The position numbers and the translations under genes were made by a program. The notes beneath the pieces were generated by a model. It did not search any database. It was not told the DNA's origin and saw only the letters and a program-made list of their open reading frames with translations. DNA of 19,544 bases from an uncultured delta proteobacterium (GTDB lineage Bacteria > Desulfobacterota > Desulfomonilia > UBA1062), in the NCBI GenBank assembly GCA_963798485.1, contig CAWCTR010000011.1, forward strand, positions 1 to 19,544. The letters run 5' to 3'. Of the stretch, positions 5,749 to 14,526 are shown piece by piece (within the stretch, counting starts at the first letter, position 1; the number at the start of each line of letters is the position of its first letter).

Positions 5749-6145
5749 ATGAAGGAGATCGTCTCAAACGCAGAATTGGTGGCATACTGCGGCTTGTATT
5801 GCGGCGCATGCGGATCTTATCTAAGGGACCGATGCCCGGGATGCCATGACAATAAGAAGGCTTCATGGTGCAAGGTTCGGACTCTGTTGTATGGAACATG
5901 ATTACTCTTCCTGCGCCGAATGTGAGGAGTGTATCGAGGCGCGATCATGCAAGAAGTTCAACAACATCATCTCCAAGGTCATCGGCTTTGTCCTTCGATC
6001 CGATCGCACCGCTTGCATTATGCAAATAAAGCAACTGGGAATTCAGGGCCATGCCGATACCATGACAAATCAAAAGAAACAGACAATCAAGAGAGGGACC
6101 GCCCGACAAGGCGCTCCGACGGATGACGGCAAGACGCGCCGCTGA
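5749..6145 (+). pseudogene. DUF3795-like Cys-rich protein, frameshifted near 5884
   Basis: ATG 5749 gives MKEIVSNAELVAYCGLYCGACGSYLRDRCPGCHDNKKASWCKVRT; one extra base, then CCMEHDYSSCAECEE continues in the 5846-6145 frame. Confidence 0.8.
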
Positions 6146-6160
6146 GCTTTGTCATTGATA
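6101..6160 (+). repeat. attC-10 (both cores mutated)
   Basis: GCCCGAC-AAGGCGCTCCGACGGA ... CGCCGCTGAGCTTTGTC-ATTGATA: attC-type arms, but AAC has become GAC and GTT has become ATT. Confidence 0.65.
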
Positions 6161-6600
6161 TGAAGAGCCTGCTTGCCATTGCTTTTGCAACAATAGCCGC
6201 TGTCGGGAATGCCCTGTTCGCCCTCGGACAAAAGAGGTCTGCCGGTGTAGAGAACGGCCTGTTGTTTATCAGCATGTCTGCTCTTGTCGCGGTCTTCCTC
6301 GCCCTTTTCTTTTCACCCCTGGTCGGGGCATTTGATGTAGGGAGCACGTGGAAAGGTAATGAGAGGGCCGTGGTCTTGAGCGGGGTCGGTCTCTTTCTTA
6401 CCTATCTAGGCTTCAATCTTCTCTATGCACGGTACGGCGTATCTCAGTATGTCCTCTATGCCGTGCTGTCCATCATCACAACAACAATTGTTGTAGGCAT
6501 CCTTTGGTTGAAAGAACCGGTCAATGTTTTTCACAAGGTTGCCATTGCATTTGCTATCGCTGCGGTTATCCTTTTTTCAATCGGACAGTCAAAGACATGA
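6160..6600 (+). CDS. DMT/EamA-superfamily small membrane transporter (last cassette, no attC after it)
   Basis: About 5 hydrophobic segments with G...LKEPVN......G/A motif; converges on ispH. Confidence 0.75.
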   Translation: MKSLLAIAFATIAAVGNALFALGQKRSAGVENGLLFISMSALVAVFLALFFSPLVGAFDVGSTWKGNERAVVLSGVGLFLTYLGFNLLYARYGVSQYVLYAVLSIITTTIVVGILWLKEPVNVFHKVAIAFAIAAVILFSIGQSKT

Positions 6601-6616
6601 CAAAAGCCGGCAAAGC

Positions 6617-8245
6617 CTACATCATGGTTGCCAACCACAGCAGGCCCATGGCCGGGACAATGGCCCACAGCCCCATCACGTAGATAGTGTACATCCTGTT
6701 GTCAAAGATGGTTTGCTCCGTATAGAAGTCTATGCCCTTGGCCAGGAAGAACAGCGGCGGCAACAAGCCATAGGCCAGCGCCGGGGCGACCTTCAGGGGG
6801 AAACTCAGAAAGAGCACCAGTGACAGGCCCATGATGGTATATTCCAGCAGCATGGCGGCCTTGTCCTCGTTGATGTACCTGGCAAGGCTCATGCGGCCCA
6901 TAATGGCGTCCTTCTCCATATTCTTGAGCCCCAGCAGGACCTCGGCCGTGAGGTAGTGGGTGGCCACATAGGCCGTAAGCAGGATAATATTGGGTTGGAC
7001 CACGGTGCGGGTGAGGATCAACGGCACCACGATTGCTATCAGGATGAAAATGGCAGCGCCCAAGATGCTCTTGAGGTAATCCTGCACCCCGGCTACATCC
7101 ACCAGGGGACGCAGCAGCGAGGCGCCGACGATTACAAGGGCTCCGGTCAATTCATTCGAGATAAGACTGATCGAAATGGCAATGCCCGTGGAAATGGCCC
7201 ATGTAGGCCACTGCCTCGGCCTCATGGTGCGCGCCGTTGATGAGAATGCCAGGAAGAAAACGGCAAGCAGCACGTCCCACCGGTATGTCTGGCCGCAGAA
7301 TACAAGCGCCACCATGGCTGCGCCGAGGCAACCCAGCGAGGGCATGAGCGGTGACTCGGCAAAGGCGTCCAGCATGGCGTTCTCGATGCCGGATGATGCG
7401 TGAATGCTCTTGAGCGCATCGATGCATTCCTCGATTACCCAGTGAGGCGTTGACGCGCCTGCTATGACCGCGATCTTGTTCATCCGGGAGCGGTTGATGT
7501 CCTTGAGCTGATCAGGTGATTCGATCTTGATGACATAGCGGTTTTCTTTGGCCGCGATCTCTGCCAGACGTTTGGTGTTGGCCGATGTCCTGCCGCCGAT
7601 GACGATGAAGGTGTCATGGTCTTTCGCGAGGTCCATCACCTCGCTCTGCCGGTCCACGGTGGAACGGCAGATGGTGTCCGACACGTCCAGGATCTCAGCC
7701 TTTTCGCGGAGTATATCGATGACTTCCTTATAAAGGGCCACATCAAAGGTGGTCTGCGCCACTACGGCAAGCCTCTTCACACGGGGGACCTTTTGTGCGT
7801 CGGCAACGGTCTGGATGATGACCCCCTTGCTGCCTGCCACACCCATATGGGCGTCCATCTCAGGGTGGTCCTTGTCACCCACTATGGCGATGAGATCTGC
7901 GGTCTTTGCGGCCTTCTTGATAACCGTATGCAGCTTGAGCACCATGGGGCATGCAGCGTCGATGACCTCCACGCCGCGGTCCGTCAGGGCCGCCTTCTTA
8001 TCGGGTGAGATGCCGTGGGCGCGCACGATGGCGATGTCGCCTGGCCTCAGCTTCGGGTCGTTGATGTCGTGGACGATCCCTATTCCCCGCTTGGTAAGCG
8101 CCTCAATGACCTGGGGGTTGTGGATGATCTGCCCGAGTGTGTATATCTTCTTACCGGGATCTTTCTGCCGCACCTTGAAGGTGATGTCGATGGCCCTGCG
8201 GACACCGAAGCAGAACCCTGCATGGCGCGCGATGGTTATCTTCAT
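6617..8245 (-). CDS. ispH: 4-hydroxy-3-methylbut-2-enyl diphosphate reductase fused to a C-terminal polytopic membrane (UbiA-like) domain
   Basis: AGFCFGV, IIHN, RAHG, DAACP, HPE, QTT, TIC, SANT and AGASTP within the first ~280 aa; the rest is multi-TM. Confidence 0.92.
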   Translation of the reverse strand: MKITIARHAGFCFGVRRAIDITFKVRQKDPGKKIYTLGQIIHNPQVIEALTKRGIGIVHDINDPKLRPGDIAIVRAHGISPDKKAALTDRGVEVIDAACPMVLKLHTVIKKAAKTADLIAIVGDKDHPEMDAHMGVAGSKGVIIQTVADAQKVPRVKRLAVVAQTTFDVALYKEVIDILREKAEILDVSDTICRSTVDRQSEVMDLAKDHDTFIVIGGRTSANTKRLAEIAAKENRYVIKIESPDQLKDINRSRMNKIAVIAGASTPHWVIEECIDALKSIHASSGIENAMLDAFAESPLMPSLGCLGAAMVALVFCGQTYRWDVLLAVFFLAFSSTARTMRPRQWPTWAISTGIAISISLISNELTGALVIVGASLLRPLVDVAGVQDYLKSILGAAIFILIAIVVPLILTRTVVQPNIILLTAYVATHYLTAEVLLGLKNMEKDAIMGRMSLARYINEDKAAMLLEYTIMGLSLVLFLSFPLKVAPALAYGLLPPLFFLAKGIDFYTEQTIFDNRMYTIYVMGLWAIVPAMGLLWLATMM

Positions 8246-8979
8246 TGCAAGGCCCTTTTCATTGCATGGATAAGATATTCCTGGTTTCCTTTAGCCCCCT
8301 TGACCGGAGAGGGGATAACCCCGTCCACGTCCAAGGCCAGGCCGGAAAGAAAGGAACCGATACCGGTGATGACCGATTCACGGACAACCGGGTCACGGAT
8401 CACGCCGCCCTTGCCCACCTGGTCCCGGCCGGCCTCGAACTGGGGCTTGATGAGCGCTATGAGGTGCGCATTGTCCTTCAGGAGGTTCAGCACCGGCGGT
8501 ATGACAAGCCTTAAAGAGATGAACGACACGTCAAAGGTAGCCATGTCGCACAGCTCGGGTACATGCCCGCGGCTGATCATGCGTGCATTGATGCCCTCCA
8601 GGCATATTACCCGCGGATCTTTCCTGAGCCTCCAGTGGAGCTGGCCGTGGCCGACATCCACGGCATACACCTTCTGTGCGCCCCTTTTCAGCATGAGCTC
8701 GGTGAAACCCCCGGTGGACGAGCCTACATCTAGGGCGACCATGCCCTGAACCTCCACGGAAAATGCATCCAGGGCGGCTTCCAACTTCAGTGCGCCCCTG
8801 CTTACGAAGGGGTTGCCGGCCTTTATGGATAGGGGGGAATCATCGTCGATAGCGCTCCCGGCCTTGGTCACGGGCTGTCCGTCCACCAGGACCTGGCCTG
8901 CCATGATGAGGCCAAGGGCCTTGGAGCGGGTCTCAACAAGCCCCTTGTCCACCAGAAGCTTGTCCAGGCGCACTTTCAT
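8242..8979 (-). CDS. tlyA: TlyA-family rRNA 2'-O-methyltransferase
   Basis: S4 domain RLDKLLV; FVSRGALKL; LDVGSSTGGFT; DVSFISL; LIKPQFE; GNQEY. Confidence 0.95.
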   Translation of the reverse strand: MKVRLDKLLVDKGLVETRSKALGLIMAGQVLVDGQPVTKAGSAIDDDSPLSIKAGNPFVSRGALKLEAALDAFSVEVQGMVALDVGSSTGGFTELMLKRGAQKVYAVDVGHGQLHWRLRKDPRVICLEGINARMISRGHVPELCDMATFDVSFISLRLVIPPVLNLLKDNAHLIALIKPQFEAGRDQVGKGGVIRDPVVRESVITGIGSFLSGLALDVDGVIPSPVKGAKGNQEYLIHAMKRALQ

Positions 8980-10823
8980 AGGATATCCCTGACTGCCTTG
9001 TGAATGCCTTGTGCATCCAGTCCCACGATCTTCTTGAGATCGCTCAATGATCCATGCTCGATGAACCTGTCGGGGATGCCTACGAGCCTGAACTTAAGGG
9101 GTATACCAATGTCCTGCAGCGCCTCGAGTATGGCAGAGCCGATGCCCCCATGGATACACCCGTCCTCCACCACGACAAACCTGCCACTACAGGAGATCAC
9201 CTGCTCCCTGATGGTTTTGACATCCATGGGTTTGGCAAAAATAAGGTCAACCACCGCCACATCATCCAGGTCGCTGGCAGCCTCCAGCGCCGTATAACAC
9301 AGCGGACCCGCGCAGAATACCACCGCGTGGCCGCCTTTTTTCAGAATCTCGGACCTTCCCAGCTTCAATCGCGCAGGCTTGATGGGATTGGGGACAATCT
9401 TATCCCTGGGGTACCTGATGGCTACAGGCCTGTGGAGGCTTAAGCCGTATTCGAGCATCTTCTCCAGCATGATCTGGTCCCGAGGCGCCATGATGGCCAT
9501 GTTGGGTATGCTCCGCAGGTAGGCAAGGTCAAAGGTGCCATGATGGGTGGGGCCGTCAGCGCCTACAAGACCTGCCCGGTCGACGGCAAAGATGACCGGT
9601 GCGTTCTGCAGTGCCACATCGTGGATGATGGAGTCAAAGCCGCGCTGAAGGAAGGTTGAATAGATAGCCACCACCGGCCTCAGTCCGAACAGGGCCATGG
9701 CTGCAGCCATGGTTACGGCATGGCCTTCTGCAATGCCGACATCATAGAAGCGTTCAGGGTAGCGCCTGGCGAATTCCTTCAGCCCTGTGCCCGTGGTCAT
9801 GGCCGCACTCAGTGCAATGATGCGCGGGTCCCTCTTGGCAAGCTTTATAAGCGAATCGCCAAAGACGTCCGAATAAGTCGGCTCAGCGGGAGCCTTGGGA
9901 CCGTCACCATTTTCAAGATCGAACTTGCCCACGCCATGGTAGTGCTCGGGGTCCTTCACTGCCGGATGGTATCCGCGCCCTTTCTGGGTGATAATGTGGA
10001 GAAAGATGGGCTCTTCCATAGTGGCGATATTCTGGAATGCCTCCACGAGGTGCGCCATGTTGTGCCCGTCGATGGGGCCCACATACCTGAATCCCATCTC
10101 CTCGAAGAGCAGCCCCTCCGTCACCACGCCTTTGAGGTTCCCCTCGATGAGCTTGGCTGCCCTGTAGATGGCGTTGCCCCCCATAGGAATGCGCTTCAAC
10201 GTGTGCTTGATCCCCTCCTTTACTTCCCGGACACGTTTTGAGGTCATGATCCTGCTCAAATAGTCCGCCACGGCGCCGACCCGCTTGGAGATGAACATGG
10301 TATTGTCGTTCAAGACCACGATGAGGTTCTGTTTCCTCATGCCCACAAAGTTCAGACCTTCGAAGGTGAGTCCGTTGGACAGTGACCCATCGCCGATAAC
10401 CGCTATCACGCGGTTTTTGCTCTCGGCCGTTCGGAGAGTCTCGCAGATGCCGCTGGCGGCAGGCAGGGCATTACCGGTATGGCCTGAGATGAAGGCATCA
10501 TAAGGGCTTTCGGCAGGATTCATGAATGGGCACAGGCCGCCATGCTGGCGCAGGGTGTGAAAGGCATCCCTCCTGCCCGTTATGATCTTATGCGTATACC
10601 CCTGATGACCCACGTCCCACAGGATCTTGTCCAGAGGCGAGTTGAACACATAGTGCATGGCAAGGGTGAGTTCCACGGTCCCGAGGCTTGATGCAAGGTG
10701 TCCCCCTGTTTTGCTCACGCTCTCGATTATAAACTCCCTTATCTCATGGGCCAGGGTCTCAAGCTGGCCGATGCCGAGCCCCTTAAGGTCTGTTGGTGAT
10801 GAGATGGTCTGAAGTATATCCAT
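8976..10823 (-). CDS. dxs: 1-deoxy-D-xylulose-5-phosphate synthase
   Basis: GGHLASSLG, WDVGHQGY.HK, GDG...N, DVGIAEGHAV, DGPTHHG, IRYPR; start reassigned to ATG 10823, just after the ispA stop. Confidence 0.97.
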   Translation of the reverse strand: MDILQTISSPTDLKGLGIGQLETLAHEIREFIIESVSKTGGHLASSLGTVELTLAMHYVFNSPLDKILWDVGHQGYTHKIITGRRDAFHTLRQHGGLCPFMNPAESPYDAFISGHTGNALPAASGICETLRTAESKNRVIAVIGDGSLSNGLTFEGLNFVGMRKQNLIVVLNDNTMFISKRVGAVADYLSRIMTSKRVREVKEGIKHTLKRIPMGGNAIYRAAKLIEGNLKGVVTEGLLFEEMGFRYVGPIDGHNMAHLVEAFQNIATMEEPIFLHIITQKGRGYHPAVKDPEHYHGVGKFDLENGDGPKAPAEPTYSDVFGDSLIKLAKRDPRIIALSAAMTTGTGLKEFARRYPERFYDVGIAEGHAVTMAAAMALFGLRPVVAIYSTFLQRGFDSIIHDVALQNAPVIFAVDRAGLVGADGPTHHGTFDLAYLRSIPNMAIMAPRDQIMLEKMLEYGLSLHRPVAIRYPRDKIVPNPIKPARLKLGRSEILKKGGHAVVFCAGPLCYTALEAASDLDDVAVVDLIFAKPMDVKTIREQVISCSGRFVVVEDGCIHGGIGSAILEALQDIGIPLKFRLVGIPDRFIEHGSLSDLKKIVGLDAQGIHKAVRDIL

Positions 10824-10825
10824 GG

Positions 10826-11704
10826 TCACATTACCCGCTTGAGCATCCACAAGGCCAGCCCTTTCAGGTTCTCCGCCTTATCCGGGCGTATGCCATCAAG
10901 CGACTCTATGGCCCTAAGGGTAGCGGCTTGCGCCCATGAGCGCGCTGCATCGATGCCAAGGGCCTTCACCACGGTAGCCTTGTTCTGGGCCAGGTCTTTC
11001 CCTGCGCTCTTGCCCAGTGTTTCTCTGTCGGATGTTATATCCAGGATGTCGTCAATGGCCTGGAATGCGAGTCCGAGGTGCGTGCCGAAACCGGCCAGGG
11101 ACTTGGTCAGGACGTCGTCATCGCAGGCAACCCTCGCACCTGCATACATGCACAGCTCGAAGAGGCGCGAGGTCTTCCGGGTATAGATCTCTTCAATCTT
11201 AGAGGGTGACAAGTCCTTGCCCTCGGCCATCACATCCTCATACTCCCCCTGTACCAGCCCCGATGTTCCGCAGATATCGGCAAACGCAGCGCACAGGTCT
11301 ACCTTGACCTGCGACGGATACCGGCTTGTGCAGATAACGGACAGGGCCTGGAAGATAAGTGCATCACCGGCCAGGATGGCCGTGGCCTCACCGAACTTCT
11401 TGTGGCACGTGGGCAAGCCCCGTCTCAAGTCGTCATTGTCAAGGGCCGGCAGGTCGTCATGGATGAGGCTGAAGGTGTGGATCATCTCGATGGCAAGCCC
11501 TACAGGCAGAGCGGTCCTATCGTGACCTCCTGCGGCCTCGGATGCGAGCATGGCAAGGATGGGTCTGATCCTCTTTCCGCCTGCCTTAAGGCTGTAGGAG
11601 AAGGCCTCGAAAACTCCCGAGCTGCTTTTCGTTTCAAGAAGGTAGCCGGCAAGGTATTCATCAAAGACCTCCTTCTTGGTCGTAATCAATAGGCCAATAT
11701 CCAC
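10826..11704 (-). CDS. ispA: Polyprenyl (farnesyl/geranylgeranyl) diphosphate synthase
   Basis: GGKRIRP, SLIHDDLPALDNDDLRRG (FARM), FQAIDDILD (SARM); canonical ispA-dxs-tlyA order. Confidence 0.95.
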   Translation of the reverse strand: MDIGLLITTKKEVFDEYLAGYLLETKSSSGVFEAFSYSLKAGGKRIRPILAMLASEAAGGHDRTALPVGLAIEMIHTFSLIHDDLPALDNDDLRRGLPTCHKKFGEATAILAGDALIFQALSVICTSRYPSQVKVDLCAAFADICGTSGLVQGEYEDVMAEGKDLSPSKIEEIYTRKTSRLFELCMYAGARVACDDDVLTKSLAGFGTHLGLAFQAIDDILDITSDRETLGKSAGKDLAQNKATVVKALGIDAARSWAQAATLRAIESLDGIRPDKAENLKGLALWMLKRVM

Positions 11705-11785
11705 GATTTTACCCCTTTAAAGGCAATACCACGGCCAAAAACAATCTTCAACAGCGTAAAAAGATAACGGAAAGGCTTTTACCCT

Positions 11786-12751
11786 CTATGTCTTTGAGAG
11801 TTCCTCATAGATCTTCATAACGGTGTTCACATAGACGTCGCTGTGGTTGTACAACCATATGGCGCTACGATTCTTTTTTTCATCCCCGTTTTCCCTCCAG
11901 CCTGATTTTGTAAGGAGATTCCCTATGCTGGCAATGGCATCCGACATACTGAAGGGATTTCTTACACCGTCATCATCGCCATCAGCACCCCATTTCATGA
12001 AGGTGGAAGGGATGAATTGCGCCGGACCCATTGCCCCCCCAACGGAGCCCTTGATCTCCTGGGGGTCCAGCCCTAAAGAATCGGCAAGCAGGATCAGGTT
12101 GTAAAGCTCACCTGCCGCCCATCTCCCCCGGGCAAGGGTCTTTTTCACTCCCTCCTCGTCATTAAGAGGGATATCATCCACCCCGGTAAAGTCTTTCATT
12201 TGTGCGAGGATATCCGGGTCGGACAGGAGAGAGATGTTTGCGTAAACATTAAATACGTAGTACTTCTGAGGGTATGTCCCCAACCTGGTTTCGATGATGA
12301 GGATCGCGGTAATGATCTCGGGGGAGATCCCATATTTTTCTTGAACCACGTCAAAGATATGCCTGTTTTCCTCGATGAAGGCCCTGCCCTTGATTATATA
12401 TTTCTTGTCATATTCCATGCATCCGGGGCTTTTAGCAGAGGCCTTTGGGCGTACGAAGTTGAGGTTTTTCTCGATGAATTTTTCATCAAAGACCACCCGG
12501 GGATCAGCAACCATGGCATGTGCCCGGCCCTTGTCAATGCCTTTACTCACCAGCAATTCCTCAACAAAACCTCTTGCATGGGCGTCATTTACCAACCCTT
12601 TACCCGGCAAAGGAGGTAACACGGGCTGTCCGTTTGCCTGGACTTCGGGCTTGGCGGCTGATTCTACCGGAGGCTCCTTGTGCGCGCATGAGCTCATCAG
12701 GCTTAATCCCATGACAAAGATCGTGATGATTATGAATCCATGAGCCTTCAT
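11786..12751 (-). CDS. mltB: MltB-like lytic murein transglycosylase lipoprotein
   Basis: Signal peptide with lipobox LMSSC; YGISPEIITAILIIETRLG; GSVGGAMGPAQFIPST; DGDDDG EF-hand; YNHSDVYV; start reassigned to ATG 12751. Confidence 0.88.
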   Translation of the reverse strand: MKAHGFIIITIFVMGLSLMSSCAHKEPPVESAAKPEVQANGQPVLPPLPGKGLVNDAHARGFVEELLVSKGIDKGRAHAMVADPRVVFDEKFIEKNLNFVRPKASAKSPGCMEYDKKYIIKGRAFIEENRHIFDVVQEKYGISPEIITAILIIETRLGTYPQKYYVFNVYANISLLSDPDILAQMKDFTGVDDIPLNDEEGVKKTLARGRWAAGELYNLILLADSLGLDPQEIKGSVGGAMGPAQFIPSTFMKWGADGDDDGVRNPFSMSDAIASIGNLLTKSGWRENGDEKKNRSAIWLYNHSDVYVNTVMKIYEELSKT

Positions 12752-12853
12752 TGCGAGGGATGCTATATCGATAAAAGATGATTTACAAGTAAAATGCCTC
12801 TGTCCCCAACGCCTGTCTTGACTTGTATGTAGCGGCATCATACAACCACTTCT

Positions 12854-14188
12854 ATGAAAAGGATCCTCATAGCCAACAGGGGCGAGGTGGTATTGCGGGT
12901 GCTCAGGACAGCCCGTGAGCTGGGCCTGGAAACCATCGTCGTCTACTCCGAGGCGGACAAAGACATGGAATATCTGAACTTCGCCGATGAGGCCGTAATG
13001 ATCGGGCCAGAGCAGGCCTCCAGGAGTTACCTCAACATCGATGCCATCATCTCTGCGGCCCTTGCCTGGAAGGCCAATGCCATCCATCCCGGCTACGGAT
13101 TCCTTTCAGAGAATCCCCAATTCGCATTTGTCTGCGAGCAGAACGGCATCGAATTCATCGGACCCACGAGCACGACCTTAAGGACCATCGGCAACAAGTC
13201 CCGGACAAAAGAGGTGGCCAGATCGCTGGGCATACCTACCATACCGGGCTCCTACGGGGTGGTTGCCGACATCAACCAGACAATCCTTTTGGCCCAGGAT
13301 CTCGGTTTCCCTGTGATCCTCAAGTCGCTCTACGGTGGAGGCGGCAGGGGGATGAAGGTCGCCTTCAGCGATGACCAACTCCGGCAGCACTTTGCCAGCG
13401 TGAGCAGCGAGGCCAGTGCTGCATTCGGTCGCGGCGAGGTCTACATCGAGCACTATATCACCTCTCCCCGTCATCTTGAGGTCCAGGTCCTGACCGATGC
13501 ATACGGAAACATCAGGATCTACTCAGACCGTGAGTGCTCCATCCAGAGGCGCCATCAGAAGATCATCGAGGAGGCGCCCATTCCCTCTATCGATGCAGTT
13601 CTCAGGCAGAGCCTGTGGGATTGGTCGAAAGAGATAATCCAGGCCATCGGCTTCAAAGGGCTCGGCACTGTGGAATTTCTCATGGATCAGGAAGGTGACA
13701 TCTATTTCCTTGAGATCAACGGCAGGCTCCAGGTGGAACATCCGGTCACGGAGATGATTTCCGGGGTAGATTTGATACGTGAGCAGATCATGGTTGCAGC
13801 GGGCGCCCACATTGAACCCTTACCTGTTATAACCACAGGGCATGCCATTGAATGCCGCATCAATGCGGAAAATCCATCCAAGAACTTCATGCCCACCACC
13901 GGGACCATAGCGAAGCTGAGGCTGCCGAGCGGTCCGGGTACCAGGGTGGACACACACCTATTCCCCGGATGTATCGTTACCCCGTTTTATGATCCCCTGC
14001 TGGTAAAGCTCATTGCCCACCACACCACCCGGGACGGGGCGCTCCGGCGGATGGGCAGGATGCTTGACGAGACCATCATCGACGGCCTGACAACGAACAA
14101 AGATCTGCTCTACAGGCTGCTCAACCATGACAGTTTCCTCTCCGGCAACGGAGACACATCCCTGGTTACCCAGCTCCTGAGTAAGTGA
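12854..14188 (+). CDS. accC: Biotin carboxylase
   Basis: ILIANRGE, IHPGYGFLSEN, GGGGRGM, RECSIQRRHQK, EINGRLQVEHPVTE, ECRINAE. Confidence 0.93.
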   Translation: MKRILIANRGEVVLRVLRTARELGLETIVVYSEADKDMEYLNFADEAVMIGPEQASRSYLNIDAIISAALAWKANAIHPGYGFLSENPQFAFVCEQNGIEFIGPTSTTLRTIGNKSRTKEVARSLGIPTIPGSYGVVADINQTILLAQDLGFPVILKSLYGGGGRGMKVAFSDDQLRQHFASVSSEASAAFGRGEVYIEHYITSPRHLEVQVLTDAYGNIRIYSDRECSIQRRHQKIIEEAPIPSIDAVLRQSLWDWSKEIIQAIGFKGLGTVEFLMDQEGDIYFLEINGRLQVEHPVTEMISGVDLIREQIMVAAGAHIEPLPVITTGHAIECRINAENPSKNFMPTTGTIAKLRLPSGPGTRVDTHLFPGCIVTPFYDPLLVKLIAHHTTRDGALRRMGRMLDETIIDGLTTNKDLLYRLLNHDSFLSGNGDTSLVTQLLSK

Positions 14189-14210
14189 ATATAGTTATCA
14201 CGACGAGAAT

Positions 14211-14243
14211 GTAGGTTGGGTTGTCCTGGGGCATAACTTAATA
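14211..14243 (+). repeat. Degenerate GTAG-type REP-like sequence
   Basis: GTAG-GTTGGGTTG...CATAACTTAAT, a weakly pairing stem after a GTAG tetranucleotide. Confidence 0.3.
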
Positions 14244-14251
14244 TTTTTTTA

Positions 14252-14438
14252 TGTACTTTCTTTTGGTGCCAAAAGAAAGTACCAAAGAAAAGGCACCCCG
14301 TGAACCCGCCCTAAAGGGTGCGTTCGCTCGCTTGAAAAATCCGGGCCGCGTCTAAACTCGCTCCGTTTCACTCCGCTCAGACAGACGACGCTTTCCCCCG
14401 GATTTTTCTGCGCTCGCTCACCGGGTTCAAGGGGGGGG
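14252..14438 (+). repeat. Structured ~185-bp repeat, copy 1 (MITE-like or ncRNA-like)
   Basis: GTACTTTCTTTTGG-TG-CCAAAAGAAAGTAC hairpin, CAAAGAAAAGGCACCCCG, long-range stems TGAACCCG/CGGGTTCA and AAAATCC/GGATTTT. Confidence 0.8.
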
Positions 14439-14459
14439 TCAAAGATGAGTCAGCAAACA

Positions 14460-14524
14460 CATTAAAGGCCAGTATCAGAGGTGCGGGCGGCAGCCCGCGG
14501 TCCGTCTGGATGGGCTGGTTGGCT
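14460..14524 (-). repeat. attC of the orphan cassette (R' mutated to TTT)
   Basis: Minus strand: AGCCAAC-CAGCCCATCCAGACGGAC-CGCGGGCTGCCGCCCGC-ACCTCTGATACTGGCC-TTTAATG; a 17-bp core is identical to attC-5 (2950-2966). Confidence 0.8.
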
Positions 14525-14526
14525 GT

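Larger units (their letters stand above)
1..6600 (+). mobile_element. Integron gene-cassette array (11 cassettes, 10 attC sites; intI not in window)
   Basis: Co-oriented short ORFs each followed by an imperfect palindrome bounded by nnnnAAC...GTTnnnn. The R'' of each cassette complements the R' at its start: GTTGGCT 2647/AGCCAAC 2930; GTTCGGC 2983/GCCGAAC 3664; GTTGGAG 3968/TTCCAAC 4467; GTTATGT 5209/ACATAAC 5667; GTTCAGT 2061/ACCGAAC 2597. Confidence 0.92.

Noticed and set aside
12752-13087. N-terminal extension of the MltB-like ORF
   Set aside because: Overlaps accC antisense; the signal peptide and lipobox define the start at 12751.
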